DNA from: a virus
Lineage: Duplodnaviria; Caudoviricetes
Length of the DNA stretch: 64,000 bases
Reading direction: 5' to 3' (one strand)
Virus record (IMG/VR): IMGVR_UViG_3300027255_000165
Shown in pieces: positions 1 to 8,601 of this stretch. How positions within the stretch are numbered: the first letter of the stretch is position 1; each line of letters starts with the position of its first letter. Below the pieces are notes generated by a model, which was not told the origin of the DNA, did no database searches, and worked only from the letters and a program-made list of their open reading frames with translations. Position numbers and translations under genes: made by a program.

Positions 1-390
1 ATACCGTCTGTACCAGAAGAACCCGAAGTACCGTCTGTACCTGAAGAACCTGAAGTACCAGGATCACCTGCTAAACCGTCTGTACCAGAAGAACCCGAAG
101 TACCGTCTGTACCTGAAGAACCTGAAGTACCATCGGTACCTGAAGAGCCCGAAGTACCAGGATCACCTGCTAAACCGTCTGTACCAGAAGAACCCGAAGT
201 ACCGTCTGTACCTGAAGAACCTGAAGTACCAGGATCACCTGCTAAACCGTCTGTACCAGAAGAACCCGAAGTACCATCTGTACCTGAAGAACCTGAAGTA
301 CCATCGGTACCTGAAGAGCCCGAAGTACCAGGATCACCTGCTAAACCATCGGTACCTGAAGTACCTGAAGAACCCGAAGTTCCTTCACCA
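1..390 (-). repeat. Coding tandem repeat (GTSGSSGTDG / GLAGDP units) of the collagen-like protein
   Basis: Near-identical 9-bp-multiple units such as gaagaacctgaagtacc and ggatcacctgctaaaccgtct recur. Confidence 0.9.
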
Positions 391-1298
391 CCTGCACCTG
401 TGCTAGCTCCCCACTTATCTAATTCTACTCTGCGAGAAACGTGATACTGGTTCGTAGCGTGAGTACCTGTAAAATTAATGTCGCCGATCGCGTTAGGTTG
501 AAGATTTGAAACAAGGGTACCATTGATGTTTTCAACTAAAATAACAAAGAAATCTGTACCTCCAAAATTCACAGTGTCTACGTATGCACCAATAACTTCA
601 AGGTGATCATATATTTGTCCATTCGCCGGATTGGTAATATCCAGATCAAATGTGTCCTGTGAAAGAAGGTGTTGTAATCTGCCAGAATGATCAATACCAT
701 TTACGTCAAGATATGGAATCCAAAGTTCACCTGAAAAAGTGTTAAAAGAAATTCTGTCTGCTGTAGGATTAGCTTGTGGAGATCCAGTTGGATTATCGAT
801 TTCATAGTCATAGCTCATTAAAGATGATGAAGTCGGAGTTAAACCACTCGAACCTGAAGTACCATCTGTACCAGATGAACCGCTTGTACCAGAAGAACCA
901 CTCGTACCAGAAGAACCAGATGAACCACTCGTACCATCTGTACCGGATGAACCACTTGAACCAGATGTACCATCAGCGCCAGATGAACCACTAGTTCCTG
1001 AAGAACCTGAAGTACCGGAAGAACCTGAAGTACCACTTCCACCACCTCCTCCGGCTTCACCCGGAACCCAAAACCAATTACCATCAATCTCAGTAAGGAT
1101 CAGAGCCTTGTTCAAGTCAGCTGAAGTCAATTCTCCTTCAGTACCAGAACCTTTAATAGGATAATCATCAACGATATTGTTGATAAGGCGCATGTTATAG
1201 TCCATTTCCTCATGACTTAGAGGACGCTTTAGGACTTTTCTTTCTAGTGGCAATTTACCACCGTTTGAACCCGGGTTTAAGTTTAGATCTTCAAACAT
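1..1298 (-). CDS. Collagen-like (G-X-Y, GTS/GSS/GTD) fibre protein, partial (runs off window start)
   Basis: Not in ORF track because it has no stop in the window. ATG at 1298 reads MFEDLNLNPGSNGGKLPLERKVLKRPLSHEEMDYN..., open to position 1. Two G-X-Y tracts (about 840-1050 and 1-390) flank a globular segment. Confidence 0.85.
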   Translation of the reverse strand, partial: MFEDLNLNPGSNGGKLPLERKVLKRPLSHEEMDYNMRLINNIVDDYPIKGSGTEGELTSADLNKALILTEIDGNWFWVPGEAGGGGGSGTSGSSGTSGSSGTSGSSGADGTSGSSGSSGTDGTSGSSGSSGTSGSSGTSGSSGTDGTSGSSGLTPTSSSLMSYDYEIDNPTGSPQANPTADRISFNTFSGELWIPYLDVNGIDHSGRLQHLLSQDTFDLDITNPANGQIYDHLEVIGAYVDTVNFGGTDFFVILVENINGTLVSNLQPNAIGDINFTGTHATNQYHVSRRVELDKWGASTGAGGEGTSGSSGTSGTDGLAGDPGTSGSSGTDGTSGSSGTDGTSGSSGTDGLAGDPGTSGSSGTDGTSGSSGTDGLAGDPGTSGSSGTDGTSGSSGTDGTSGSSGTDGLAGDPGTSGSSGTDGTSGSSGTDG

Positions 1299-1300
1299 CT

Positions 1301-1810
1301 TTATGGTTTAATGTATTTGTTGTATTCGCCTATTAGAGTGGTGTAGGCATCATTTTTTACTAAATCGTCAATGTAAACACATTCAACATACGTTGGAGTG
1401 GTAGGTGCAACGTAAGGGTCTATAACTAGACCTTTAATTGACTTTTGAATGTTATTCAAGTACGTGCTTAATTCACGCAATCTCTTTTTTGAAATGTTGT
1501 TTAGTGAACCTTTCTTTTCGGTTAACTCAGCCTTAAATTCAACCAAGGTACCGTTATTCTTTTCAACCCAAAATTTAACAACTCCATAAGGGTACCAGTG
1601 ACAAACTTCAAGTTGCTTGGTTTCTATCGCATAGGGATATGTTTTCTGTATAAACGACAACAGGGCATTCAAATCTTTGAATGCCTCTGGGCTAATGATT
1701 GAGTTGGTTGTCTTACGATTTAGAACAATGTCATACAATCTTCCTTCGTTAGTTTCCAACTGCTTTAGCGTCCTGTAGATCGCTATTAGCGTAATTCTTT
1801 CTACAATCAT
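1301..1810 (-). CDS. Hypothetical protein
   Basis: 169-aa ORF with ATGA overlap to the upstream gene. Confidence 0.7.
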   Translation of the reverse strand: MIVERITLIAIYRTLKQLETNEGRLYDIVLNRKTTNSIISPEAFKDLNALLSFIQKTYPYAIETKQLEVCHWYPYGVVKFWVEKNNGTLVEFKAELTEKKGSLNNISKKRLRELSTYLNNIQKSIKGLVIDPYVAPTTPTYVECVYIDDLVKNDAYTTLIGEYNKYIKP

Positions 1811-2217
1811 CCTTTACCTTTAAACACAAATTCAGATAAAATCCATGCAACAACTGCACCGGCTGAAGTTAGGATTGCAACACCCACCTTTTGGATGTTT
1901 GCTTTCCATCTGATAAGAGCCTTGTGCTCTTCGATCATCTTCAATCTCTCAGCTTCGGTTTGAATAGATTCCTTTCTGAACTCAGTGTTCTTTTGTGTTT
2001 CTACAATTACGCCATCGTATGGATTTAACAATTGTTTCTTTAACTCTGAAATATCCTCACGCATGTCTTTCTGACCTTCCATCATCTGACGGACTGCCAT
2101 TTCAAGCTGCACATAGTTAGGATCTTCCAACTTTTGCTTGAAAGAATTAAATGCAGATAAAAGCTGCATTACCAGCTCTCGATTAGAGAAATTGTCTTCG
2201 TTGAAACCGTTTTCCAT
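1807..2217 (-). CDS. Coiled-coil protein with C-terminal TM helix (holin/spanin-like possible)
   Basis: Heptad-rich body, hydrophobic VGVAILTSAGAVVAWIL, GATATATA motif upstream. Confidence 0.6.
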   Translation of the reverse strand: MENGFNEDNFSNRELVMQLLSAFNSFKQKLEDPNYVQLEMAVRQMMEGQKDMREDISELKKQLLNPYDGVIVETQKNTEFRKESIQTEAERLKMIEEHKALIRWKANIQKVGVAILTSAGAVVAWILSEFVFKGKG

Positions 2218-2258
2218 AAAACGTAATTGGGCTTTATTTTAGTCTATATATCAAACTA

Positions 2259-2284
2259 AAAAAGGGCCCAATTGGGCCCTAAAA
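2259..2284 (-). terminator. Intrinsic terminator
   Basis: AGGGCCCA/TGGGCCCT hairpin followed by a T-run on the minus strand. Confidence 0.65.
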
Positions 2285-2309
2285 TTGCTCTTAAAGTAAA
2301 GGCAGTCTG

Positions 2310-2492
2310 TTATTTTACGTCAGATGTGGCGTCATTAGACTCATCGATGCCAGAACCGATAGTTGGGCTAGCATAGTGAGCAACATACTCTTCTCTTGAC
2401 ATACCTAACTTTTCCGCTTGTTGAGCAATAAAATCGTTCTCAAAATGACCAAGTGAATGGTTAAATTGTTCGAATGTACGAAGGTGTTTCAT
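2310..2492 (-). CDS. Small protein with CTS-like N-terminus (MKHLRTFEQF)
   Basis: Shared N-terminal motif; GATATATAAG immediately upstream. Confidence 0.7.
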   Translation of the reverse strand: MKHLRTFEQFNHSLGHFENDFIAQQAEKLGMSREEYVAHYASPTIGSGIDESNDATSDVK

Positions 2493-2504
2493 AACTTATA
2501 TATC

Positions 2505-2636
2505 TTACTTACGCTTTTTCAAGCAAAACTTCATTTTAAGAAGCTCTTGAATTAAAAGACCTGTTGGATTATGTGCAGGTTTTAGCCAATTCACACCACT
2601 CTTAGGATAAAAATCGTATTGTTCCCAGCGTGCCAT
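2505..2636 (-). CDS. Small hypothetical protein (43 aa, MARWEQYDFYPKSG...)
   Basis: Manually translated; fills the gap; TAATG overlap with the upstream ORF. Confidence 0.5.
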   Translation of the reverse strand: MARWEQYDFYPKSGVNWLKPAHNPTGLLIQELLKMKFCLKKRK

Positions 2637-2713
2637 TAGTCCCTACCTTGCATTAGATCACAAAACACTTCGTGATCAGTAAGATTAACGTCAATGTTAA
2701 AATCAAATTCCAT
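2636..2713 (-). CDS. Small hypothetical peptide (25 aa, MEFDFNIDVNLTDHEVFCDLMQGRD)
   Basis: Manually translated; stop/start overlap with the next ORF. Confidence 0.4.
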   Translation of the reverse strand: MEFDFNIDVNLTDHEVFCDLMQGRD

Positions 2714-2723
2714 ACACTATATA

Positions 2724-3284
2724 TTAGTCAAATAATTCTTTCAATCCTTCTCGCTGAATGACGTTTTTCAAAGCATTAACGTAACCGCTATCCTCAGCAT
2801 AGCTGGCCGATAGGTATTGAAAGTATTCTGATTCTGATTTAATACCGTTCAAATAACGACATTGATAGAAGGCGTAATCATAGACTGATTCTCTCCAGTG
2901 GTTGTAATATGCATGATTACGGTTCGTACCTTCAGCGGTTGTGATTCGACGCTGAGCTTCTTTCATTCCAAACAGGTTATGATTCTCCAAGAAGATTCCA
3001 CTCCTCCAATGCCCTGTTTCTTGAATTGATTGTGCCATTACAATGTAAGGGAACTTAACGTTCAAATCTTTCAACATTTGAACGAGTTTTGCCTTTTCAA
3101 ACTCGTCAGTCTTCTTGATGACGATAGCCTTTTCAACTTCAGTTAAGTTTTCAAAACCATGAGTAACACCAGTATAATAGGTTACTGAAGAGATTAGAGC
3201 TGTTGCTGCTAAAATACCGCCAGTCAGCTTTAACATGCTAACTCGACGGTGAATGAGATTCTTTTTGTCGTAGATATAAATCAT
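2724..3284 (-). CDS. Glucosaminidase-domain (FlgJ/GH73-like) peptidoglycan hydrolase with N-terminal TM
   Basis: AQSIQETGHW..NHNLFGMK..Y..WRESVYDY..YAED..Y motifs. Confidence 0.8.
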   Translation of the reverse strand: MIYIYDKKNLIHRRVSMLKLTGGILAATALISSVTYYTGVTHGFENLTEVEKAIVIKKTDEFEKAKLVQMLKDLNVKFPYIVMAQSIQETGHWRSGIFLENHNLFGMKEAQRRITTAEGTNRNHAYYNHWRESVYDYAFYQCRYLNGIKSESEYFQYLSASYAEDSGYVNALKNVIQREGLKELFD

Positions 3285-3339
3285 ATAGATCCTATTAGTT
3301 CAACAAATCAAAGTATTATACCAAGAAATTGAATTTGGT

Positions 3340-3657
3340 TTACAAACCCAAATTCAACATCTTGTTTAATGAATCTTCGAAATCAACACCGGCGATGACG
3401 GTAGGTTCGTCAGCCTGAATTGAGTATTCAATGTACTCAAAACGTTCAACATCAGTGGACTGCTTGTCCAACAACTCCTGGAAGGTCTTCATTAAGACTT
3501 CCTTGTCTGCATAGAACAGATCATCGGAATCGACTCCGTCGACCTGGAAGGTGGTATCACCTTTAGGCTTCCATGCCTCTCCGCCTTCATACCAAGCGGC
3601 GTTATACCATAATTGAGCGATGATGTTTACTTTAACTTTCATAATGTCTATTACCAA
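3340..3657 (-). CDS. Hypothetical protein
   Basis: Acidic 105-aa ORF behind an early-type promoter. Confidence 0.65.
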   Translation of the reverse strand: MVIDIMKVKVNIIAQLWYNAAWYEGGEAWKPKGDTTFQVDGVDSDDLFYADKEVLMKTFQELLDKQSTDVERFEYIEYSIQADEPTVIAGVDFEDSLNKMLNLGL

Positions 3658-3665
3658 TTGTTATA

Positions 3666-3700
3666 AGTAAATATAACCAAAAAATCTGACCCGAAAAAAC
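3666..3700 (-). promoter_or_regulatory. Class E (early/host-RNAP-like) promoter, TTT(C/T)xCGGGTCAG-N-TTGTTATATT(T/A)
   Basis: Same motif at about 7028-7060, 48428-48461, 50600-50633, 50908-50943, 60798-60830 and 61908-61942, each upstream of a gene start. Confidence 0.6.
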
Positions 3701-3728
3701 TTTTGGTGAAAAAAAGTGAACTTTTTTC

Positions 3729-3766
3729 AAAAAAAAGAGAGCCAGACGTAGCGATGTCTGGCTCTC
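3729..3766 (-). terminator. Intrinsic terminator
   Basis: 11-bp stem GAGAGCCAGAC/GTCTGGCTCTC plus T8. Confidence 0.8.
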
Positions 3767-3822
3767 ACTGCCCGGAAGGCGGCCTCCGGAGTCCTAAGGT
3801 GGGCACCCAGTGTGCCCGCCAA

Positions 3823-5382
3823 TTATTTCAATGACAACAAGTACTGTAGCTTGTTTAACATTGATAGAATTTCTTCTACTAAGTTGTAGATTTCTGAGTT
3901 ACCTTCAGTTGGAACAACGGTTGGTAGTTGTAGATCAAATACGTTCTTAGCAGTATTGATGAACTCAATAACCTCAGAATCTGAGTAACCTGCTAGAGTG
4001 ATGGTACCTGATACAAACGCAGGTCTCTCTGATTTACCCATGATGTTTTCCATCAATTCGTCCATTTTACCAACGAAGTCTTCGTAGAATTCACCAAAGG
4101 CCATGTGTTGCTCATAAGATTGAGTTTGCCAATGGAACATGTGAGCTTGATCTCTAATTGCAAGAAGAGATAGAGCTAGTTTTGCTAATGGCTCTTCAGC
4201 TTCAGCTTGAAAAGCTTCATCGATTGAACCTGCAATCAACACGTAACCCCATCTTTTAAGCTTCATTTCAAGCTCTTTCTTGTCTTTAGCTTCAAAGTCA
4301 AATGAGTCATTCTGTCCGTAGTAGCCCTTACCTCTTTTCCAAATTTGAGTTTCGCCAGCATCTCCACGTGGATCAGTATAGATCGCGATTTCACCATCAT
4401 TGAAAGTACCTTCAACGATAATGTCATGCTTCTTTAGAACTTCTTCAACTGCTGCTTTAATTTCAGCTCTTAGCTCAGCTTTGATACCAGGGTTTGTGTT
4501 AAAACCAAACTGCTTCATGATCTTTAGCATCAAAGGATCCATCAGCATCTTTAGAGCTTCATCAACCTTCTCTTCTTCCTTTAATTCGTGGAAGTTATCA
4601 TTAGCTTGCTTTAAGTATTCGTAAGCTGATGTAATGTGAGATTGAATCCAACCTGGAAGATCTCTTTCTTCGGCGCCAATCTTTTCTTGTAATTCAGCTG
4701 CATCCTTGTGAATAGCATCCAATTGACCTTGTGCCATTCCAACCTCATGATCGTTAGCTTCATACGTCATTTTAAAGTTCTTGTCAAACTTTCTAACAAG
4801 CTTTAACAGTTCTGTCTGTGGCATATCAGCCTCTTTTGCAGCATCAGCAAGCGAAATGATCTTGTTAGCTACTTTCTTAGCGTAAGAAAGAGGAGAGAAA
4901 TCATTAATACCCTCCATTACGTAAATGTAATCTTTACCGTCTTCTTTAGCCTTGGCTTTAACCCATTTTGTAGCGTCAGCGTATGACATTGAACCCGGAA
5001 TCTCAAATGGATCATCTCCGTTCTTATTGTAAGAGAACATCCACTTACCGTAACCCTTAGGTTGTTTCATGTGAGATCTGAAATATCTTTCAGTTTCTAC
5101 TTTTGCCGCTTCGTTAGTCGGTTCACCTTCCATCTTAGCAAGCTTTTCATAGTATTGAGGGTCTTCAAGTAGGTGATCTTTGGCGATCTCACGTGCTTTC
5201 TCAGCATCGTCAGTGTGTTCCATTTCTACCTTTTGGCCTTTATCTAATGCAGCTTCGATCTCTTCTAGAGACACGCCGTGCTTGTCAGCGATGTATTGAG
5301 GAGTTAACTTATCAGAAATTCCACCTGGAATCTGATCGTTCAACTCACTTACGAATTGGTCAAGTGATTTAACAATTTTCAT
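3823..5382 (-). CDS. Multi-module putative virion protein: CTS-like N-terminus, DUF5661-like module, C-terminal Dps/ferritin-like module
   Basis: KGQKVEMEHT..AREIAKDHL.EDPQYY motif; C-terminal AHMFHWQTQSYEQHMAFGEFYEDF..DELME four-helix-bundle motif. Confidence 0.65.
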   Translation of the reverse strand: MKIVKSLDQFVSELNDQIPGGISDKLTPQYIADKHGVSLEEIEAALDKGQKVEMEHTDDAEKAREIAKDHLLEDPQYYEKLAKMEGEPTNEAAKVETERYFRSHMKQPKGYGKWMFSYNKNGDDPFEIPGSMSYADATKWVKAKAKEDGKDYIYVMEGINDFSPLSYAKKVANKIISLADAAKEADMPQTELLKLVRKFDKNFKMTYEANDHEVGMAQGQLDAIHKDAAELQEKIGAEERDLPGWIQSHITSAYEYLKQANDNFHELKEEEKVDEALKMLMDPLMLKIMKQFGFNTNPGIKAELRAEIKAAVEEVLKKHDIIVEGTFNDGEIAIYTDPRGDAGETQIWKRGKGYYGQNDSFDFEAKDKKELEMKLKRWGYVLIAGSIDEAFQAEAEEPLAKLALSLLAIRDQAHMFHWQTQSYEQHMAFGEFYEDFVGKMDELMENIMGKSERPAFVSGTITLAGYSDSEVIEFINTAKNVFDLQLPTVVPTEGNSEIYNLVEEILSMLNKLQYLLSLK

Positions 5383-5383
5383 C

Positions 5384-5530
5384 TTATTGTGCAGTTAATT
5401 GTAAGATTGCTTCATTTCTTTGCATTCTTACAAGTTGTTTTTTGTTAGATTTTTGGCTTCTCGGGCCACCGACGTGCTTCAATCTATTAGTTTCCTTTTT
5501 AGATAGAAGTGTATGATTTTTATGTTTCAT
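5384..5530 (-). CDS. Small highly basic peptide (48 aa, MKHKNHTLLSKKETNRLKHVGGPRSQK...)
   Basis: Manually translated; exactly fills the gap between 5382 and 5533. Confidence 0.55.
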   Translation of the reverse strand: MKHKNHTLLSKKETNRLKHVGGPRSQKSNKKQLVRMQRNEAILQLTAQ

Positions 5531-5532
5531 GA

Positions 5533-6090
5533 TTACTTAACTTCCTTGGCAACGTCAGCATCTGCTCCACCCCAAGTTCCTTTTTCTTTTTTAATGAATC
5601 CATTTACTCTTGCGTAACCCCACTGTTCCTGTGTAGTTCCTGCGTAATGAGATCTGTTCCATGCATCCATGCCTCTTCTCATCACAATTCTTAATAGACC
5701 AATATCAATACCGCTTTCTTTAGCTTTTGTTTTTAGGGCTGTTTCAATATCTGGATTGTCAATTGGTCCTCTATCTCCTTTAGCCTTTTCAGCTTCAAAC
5801 ATTTCATGAGATTCTAGAAGATCTTCTCTGCCAAGCTGTTTGTAAACCTCTTTACGTGTCTTTTCCATCTTATCGGCATAGGCCTTATCTTCTCCTCTAT
5901 TGAAGACGATTTGTTGATTTAAAGATCCTGTGATCTTTCTTAGATCTTTATTGCGGGTCTTAATCAACCAAGCCGCAAGATCCTTCGGAGACAGTTCTGC
6001 AAATCGACCTTCAGCGTCCGGAGCATCCGAATCGTGCCACTCAGGTCTTTCTTCATTCAAGAACTCTTCAAAAAGCTTAACGTGTTTCAT
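5533..6090 (-). CDS. CTS-like N-terminus protein with C-terminal DUF5824-like module
   Basis: MKHVKLFEEFLNE start; LK.KAKESG....L..V.RRG..AW...H..GTTQEQWGYARVN motif. Confidence 0.65.
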   Translation of the reverse strand: MKHVKLFEEFLNEERPEWHDSDAPDAEGRFAELSPKDLAAWLIKTRNKDLRKITGSLNQQIVFNRGEDKAYADKMEKTRKEVYKQLGREDLLESHEMFEAEKAKGDRGPIDNPDIETALKTKAKESGIDIGLLRIVMRRGMDAWNRSHYAGTTQEQWGYARVNGFIKKEKGTWGGADADVAKEVK

Positions 6091-6146
6091 AAACTATATA
6101 TTCTGATAATACGACGATGGGGACTACTGTCCCCATCTGGTTCCTT

Positions 6147-6314
6147 TTAGGCTGGCCCACCGACACCGAAAAATGCCCAATTCATACAATCTTCAACTAC
6201 ATCTAGAGCATATATCGCTTGATCAAGCGTATATTCACCAGACTCATAATTGAGTACCGTTTTAGCTGGTACAGTTTCAGGGCTAGCGGACGCCTCTGAA
6301 ATGTAATCAGCCAT
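6147..6314 (-). CDS. Small hypothetical protein (55 aa, MADYISEASASPETVPAK...)
   Basis: Manually translated; preceded by GATATATA and an A-rich leader, followed by a 9-bp hairpin (6116-6137). Confidence 0.6.
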   Translation of the reverse strand: MADYISEASASPETVPAKTVLNYESGEYTLDQAIYALDVVEDCMNWAFFGVGGPA

Positions 6315-6363
6315 TGCTAAAAAGTTTTTGGTTTTGAAGATTATTCTTCTATCTATATATCAA

Positions 6364-6400
6364 AAAAAGGTGTCCTGGTTTCACACCGGGATGACTTTTT
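6364..6400 (-). terminator. Intrinsic terminator
   Basis: Imperfect GC hairpin flanked by A/T runs right after the 6401 stop. Confidence 0.5.
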
Positions 6401-7018
6401 TTACTTTTTTTCAATAGACTTAAACATTTTCTTGTCAGCTTTATAAGTTGACAGCTCAATGTTAGGATATTCTGATCGTAAATCATTAACCAGGTTCAAA
6501 TTTGCCTGATCATCGTCAAAGAATTGGATCTTTTTATAACCCATTTCAATGATCTCTCTAAAAGCTTGTTGTTTCTTTTGAGCAACTGAACCTGTAAACC
6601 CGTGAATAGGATCATTAACTGCGTAAATTAGGTCTCTTGTGATATGAAAGCCAACGTGTTCTTTCATCCATTTGTAGATCATTTCTCTATCGTCCCTTGC
6701 AGTTACGATACCAACAGCTCTCTTAACTTTATAGGCATCTGCTAGGATCTTTAAGTAGTAGTGAATAAGTTGACCTGCCTTCATGATTTCAAGTGATTTG
6801 AAGTCATCAAAGTCTAATTGGTGGTCAGGATGCTTTTCGTATTCGTTAAACTCTTCAGGAGTTAGTTCGTGACAATCACCCGTTACGATGTTGCAAACTT
6901 TAATCTTTGCGTCAGTAATAACGATCGTATCATCTAAATCAAAGATTGAGATTGACGTTTCACTAAACGGTCTCTTTTTCTCGTTCACGAAGGTGGTGTA
7001 GGTTTTAAGCTGCTTCAT
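6401..7018 (-). CDS. HAD-superfamily protein (Swiss Army Knife RNA-repair-like HAD) with CTS-like start
   Basis: IFDLDDT motif I, TAR motif II, FFDDD motif IV. Confidence 0.7.
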   Translation of the reverse strand: MKQLKTYTTFVNEKKRPFSETSISIFDLDDTIVITDAKIKVCNIVTGDCHELTPEEFNEYEKHPDHQLDFDDFKSLEIMKAGQLIHYYLKILADAYKVKRAVGIVTARDDREMIYKWMKEHVGFHITRDLIYAVNDPIHGFTGSVAQKKQQAFREIIEMGYKKIQFFDDDQANLNLVNDLRSEYPNIELSTYKADKKMFKSIEKK

Positions 7019-7081
7019 AATTACTAGGCTAATATAACAAATAAATCTGACCCGTGAAACAGTTTACAGTAATCTTTTTTA

Positions 7082-7405
7082 TTATTTGCCAAACTTTCTG
7101 TTTTGACTGTTCCATAGGGACTTACCGTCCGCTGTTAAAACGTCATCATTCCTTTCAAACTTCATACCAAACTCAGTTTCTGCAAACTGATACATTGATG
7201 TGGCAATCCCTTGTCGACGATAAGATGGATCTACAGCAACGATCGACGCTCTTAAAACCGGCTTGAATTTACTCTTAATAAAATCTAAACGACCGACCTG
7301 TTTGCCAGATTTAGTCGCAATCACTGCGTACTCGTTGTCGTCAATGTGCTTCATTGAAAACTCATACCCTTTGGTAAACTCTTCAAACAATTTTACCTTT
7401 TTCAT
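7082..7405 (-). CDS. GNAT acetyltransferase with CTS-like start
   Basis: VAVDPSYRRQGIATSMY acetyl-CoA motif; start MKKVKLFEEF. Confidence 0.8.
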   Translation of the reverse strand: MKKVKLFEEFTKGYEFSMKHIDDNEYAVIATKSGKQVGRLDFIKSKFKPVLRASIVAVDPSYRRQGIATSMYQFAETEFGMKFERNDDVLTADGKSLWNSQNRKFGK

Positions 7406-8601
7406 TTAATATTAAAATATTTGTCTAAATCTTCAAAGCCTTCTGTTGCAGCTGCATTCTCGTAATCATTCCATCTTGGAATTATAATGCCATCAACTTG
7501 CACACTGGCTCCAACCACAAAGATCTCATACTCAGTTGTAAACGCTGAGATAGAAGTTGTAAATTGTGGATTAAAAAGTGCCTGTGGATGTGTATCTTTA
7601 ATCTTTAAGATGACTGGAATTTTACCGCCTATAGAATTTTGTGATAATCTCTTGACGATGCCATAACCCGGTCTGTATGGCTTGAATTCTTCGTAACTAA
7701 TTTGATCTGCAAACTCTTCTGCAGTTTCGCTAGCGGGTGTAAATGACGTGAATCCTTTATCGCTCTTAAAGCTCCAATTAAATTTAGTGTCCATTTCAAT
7801 GGCATCACCCAATAGACCTACACCCTTATATCTCTTCCATTGCCCTTTGAGATTTAGGACAGTAGCCAGCGGAATCATTGTACCTCTATATAACGTATTG
7901 CCTTCATAAAGGTTTCGGCCCTTTGATGGTTCTAATACTTTAGGAAACTTCTTCTTTAATGGTAAGAGCTGCCATAGGATGCTACCCAGTGCGGATTCTG
8001 CATATTCGTTATTGAACCAATCTTTTAACATTTCGATGAAACGTTGCTCATCGTATGTGTTAGGTTCTTCTGGTAATTTTAGTACTTTTAATCTATCTTT
8101 AAATTGAACACCTTCTGGATCAGTTAACAATTGATCTCCGTATTCGAAAGCTTCGTTCTGTACCTCTGCAAGTCTATCTTTAATCCAGCTTCTATGATTA
8201 ACAATGACATCTGCTATTTGTTCTGCAATATTATTGACATCTTCTTCAGCACCAAACTTTTGAACAACCTCTTTGAATGCTGGAACTTCAGCGATCACAT
8301 CCCTCAGAACAAATTTGTTAAAATACAGTTTGCCTTTGTATTTACCAGTGCTAGTGATCACTTCAAACATTTCTTTGTTAAAAGTTTTGTCTTTACCTAG
8401 CGCTCTAATAACCTTGTGGTGTTTTTGCGGTGAAATCAGTTTCCAGGCTCTTTCAAGCGTTGGCCACAACACATCTATGAATACGTTTATACCATACGCT
8501 AGTACAGCCGCTATCAAAGTGCCTAGTATGTTTCCGGCCTCATTAACTTCTCTGGACTTTTCGTCTTGGATAAACTCTTCGAATAACTTAACACGTTTCA
8601 T
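7402..8601 (-). CDS. Putative ADP-ribosyltransferase (Alt-like) with CTS-like start
   Basis: R-S-E triad candidates LYRG / FTSFT / TEYEI; start MKRVKLFEEFIQDE. Confidence 0.6.
   Translation of the reverse strand: MKRVKLFEEFIQDEKSREVNEAGNILGTLIAAVLAYGINVFIDVLWPTLERAWKLISPQKHHKVIRALGKDKTFNKEMFEVITSTGKYKGKLYFNKFVLRDVIAEVPAFKEVVQKFGAEEDVNNIAEQIADVIVNHRSWIKDRLAEVQNEAFEYGDQLLTDPEGVQFKDRLKVLKLPEEPNTYDEQRFIEMLKDWFNNEYAESALGSILWQLLPLKKKFPKVLEPSKGRNLYEGNTLYRGTMIPLATVLNLKGQWKRYKGVGLLGDAIEMDTKFNWSFKSDKGFTSFTPASETAEEFADQISYEEFKPYRPGYGIVKRLSQNSIGGKIPVILKIKDTHPQALFNPQFTTSISAFTTEYEIFVVGASVQVDGIIIPRWNDYENAAATEGFEDLDKYFNIK

Noticed and set aside
1-1050. Short-period repeats as a CRISPR array or satellite
   Set aside because: Units are multiples of 9 bp with synonymous wobble and no unique spacers; they encode G-X-Y on the minus strand.
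776-1087. ORF-track calls 776..994(+) and 839..1087(-)
   Set aside because: Shadow frames of the collagen repeat gene 1..1298.
6110-6230. Apparent TGA..TGC..TGT..TGA selenoprotein pattern with a downstream hairpin
   Set aside because: Careful translation puts these triplets out of frame; the real ORF (6147-6314) ends in TAA, and no tRNA-Sec is present.
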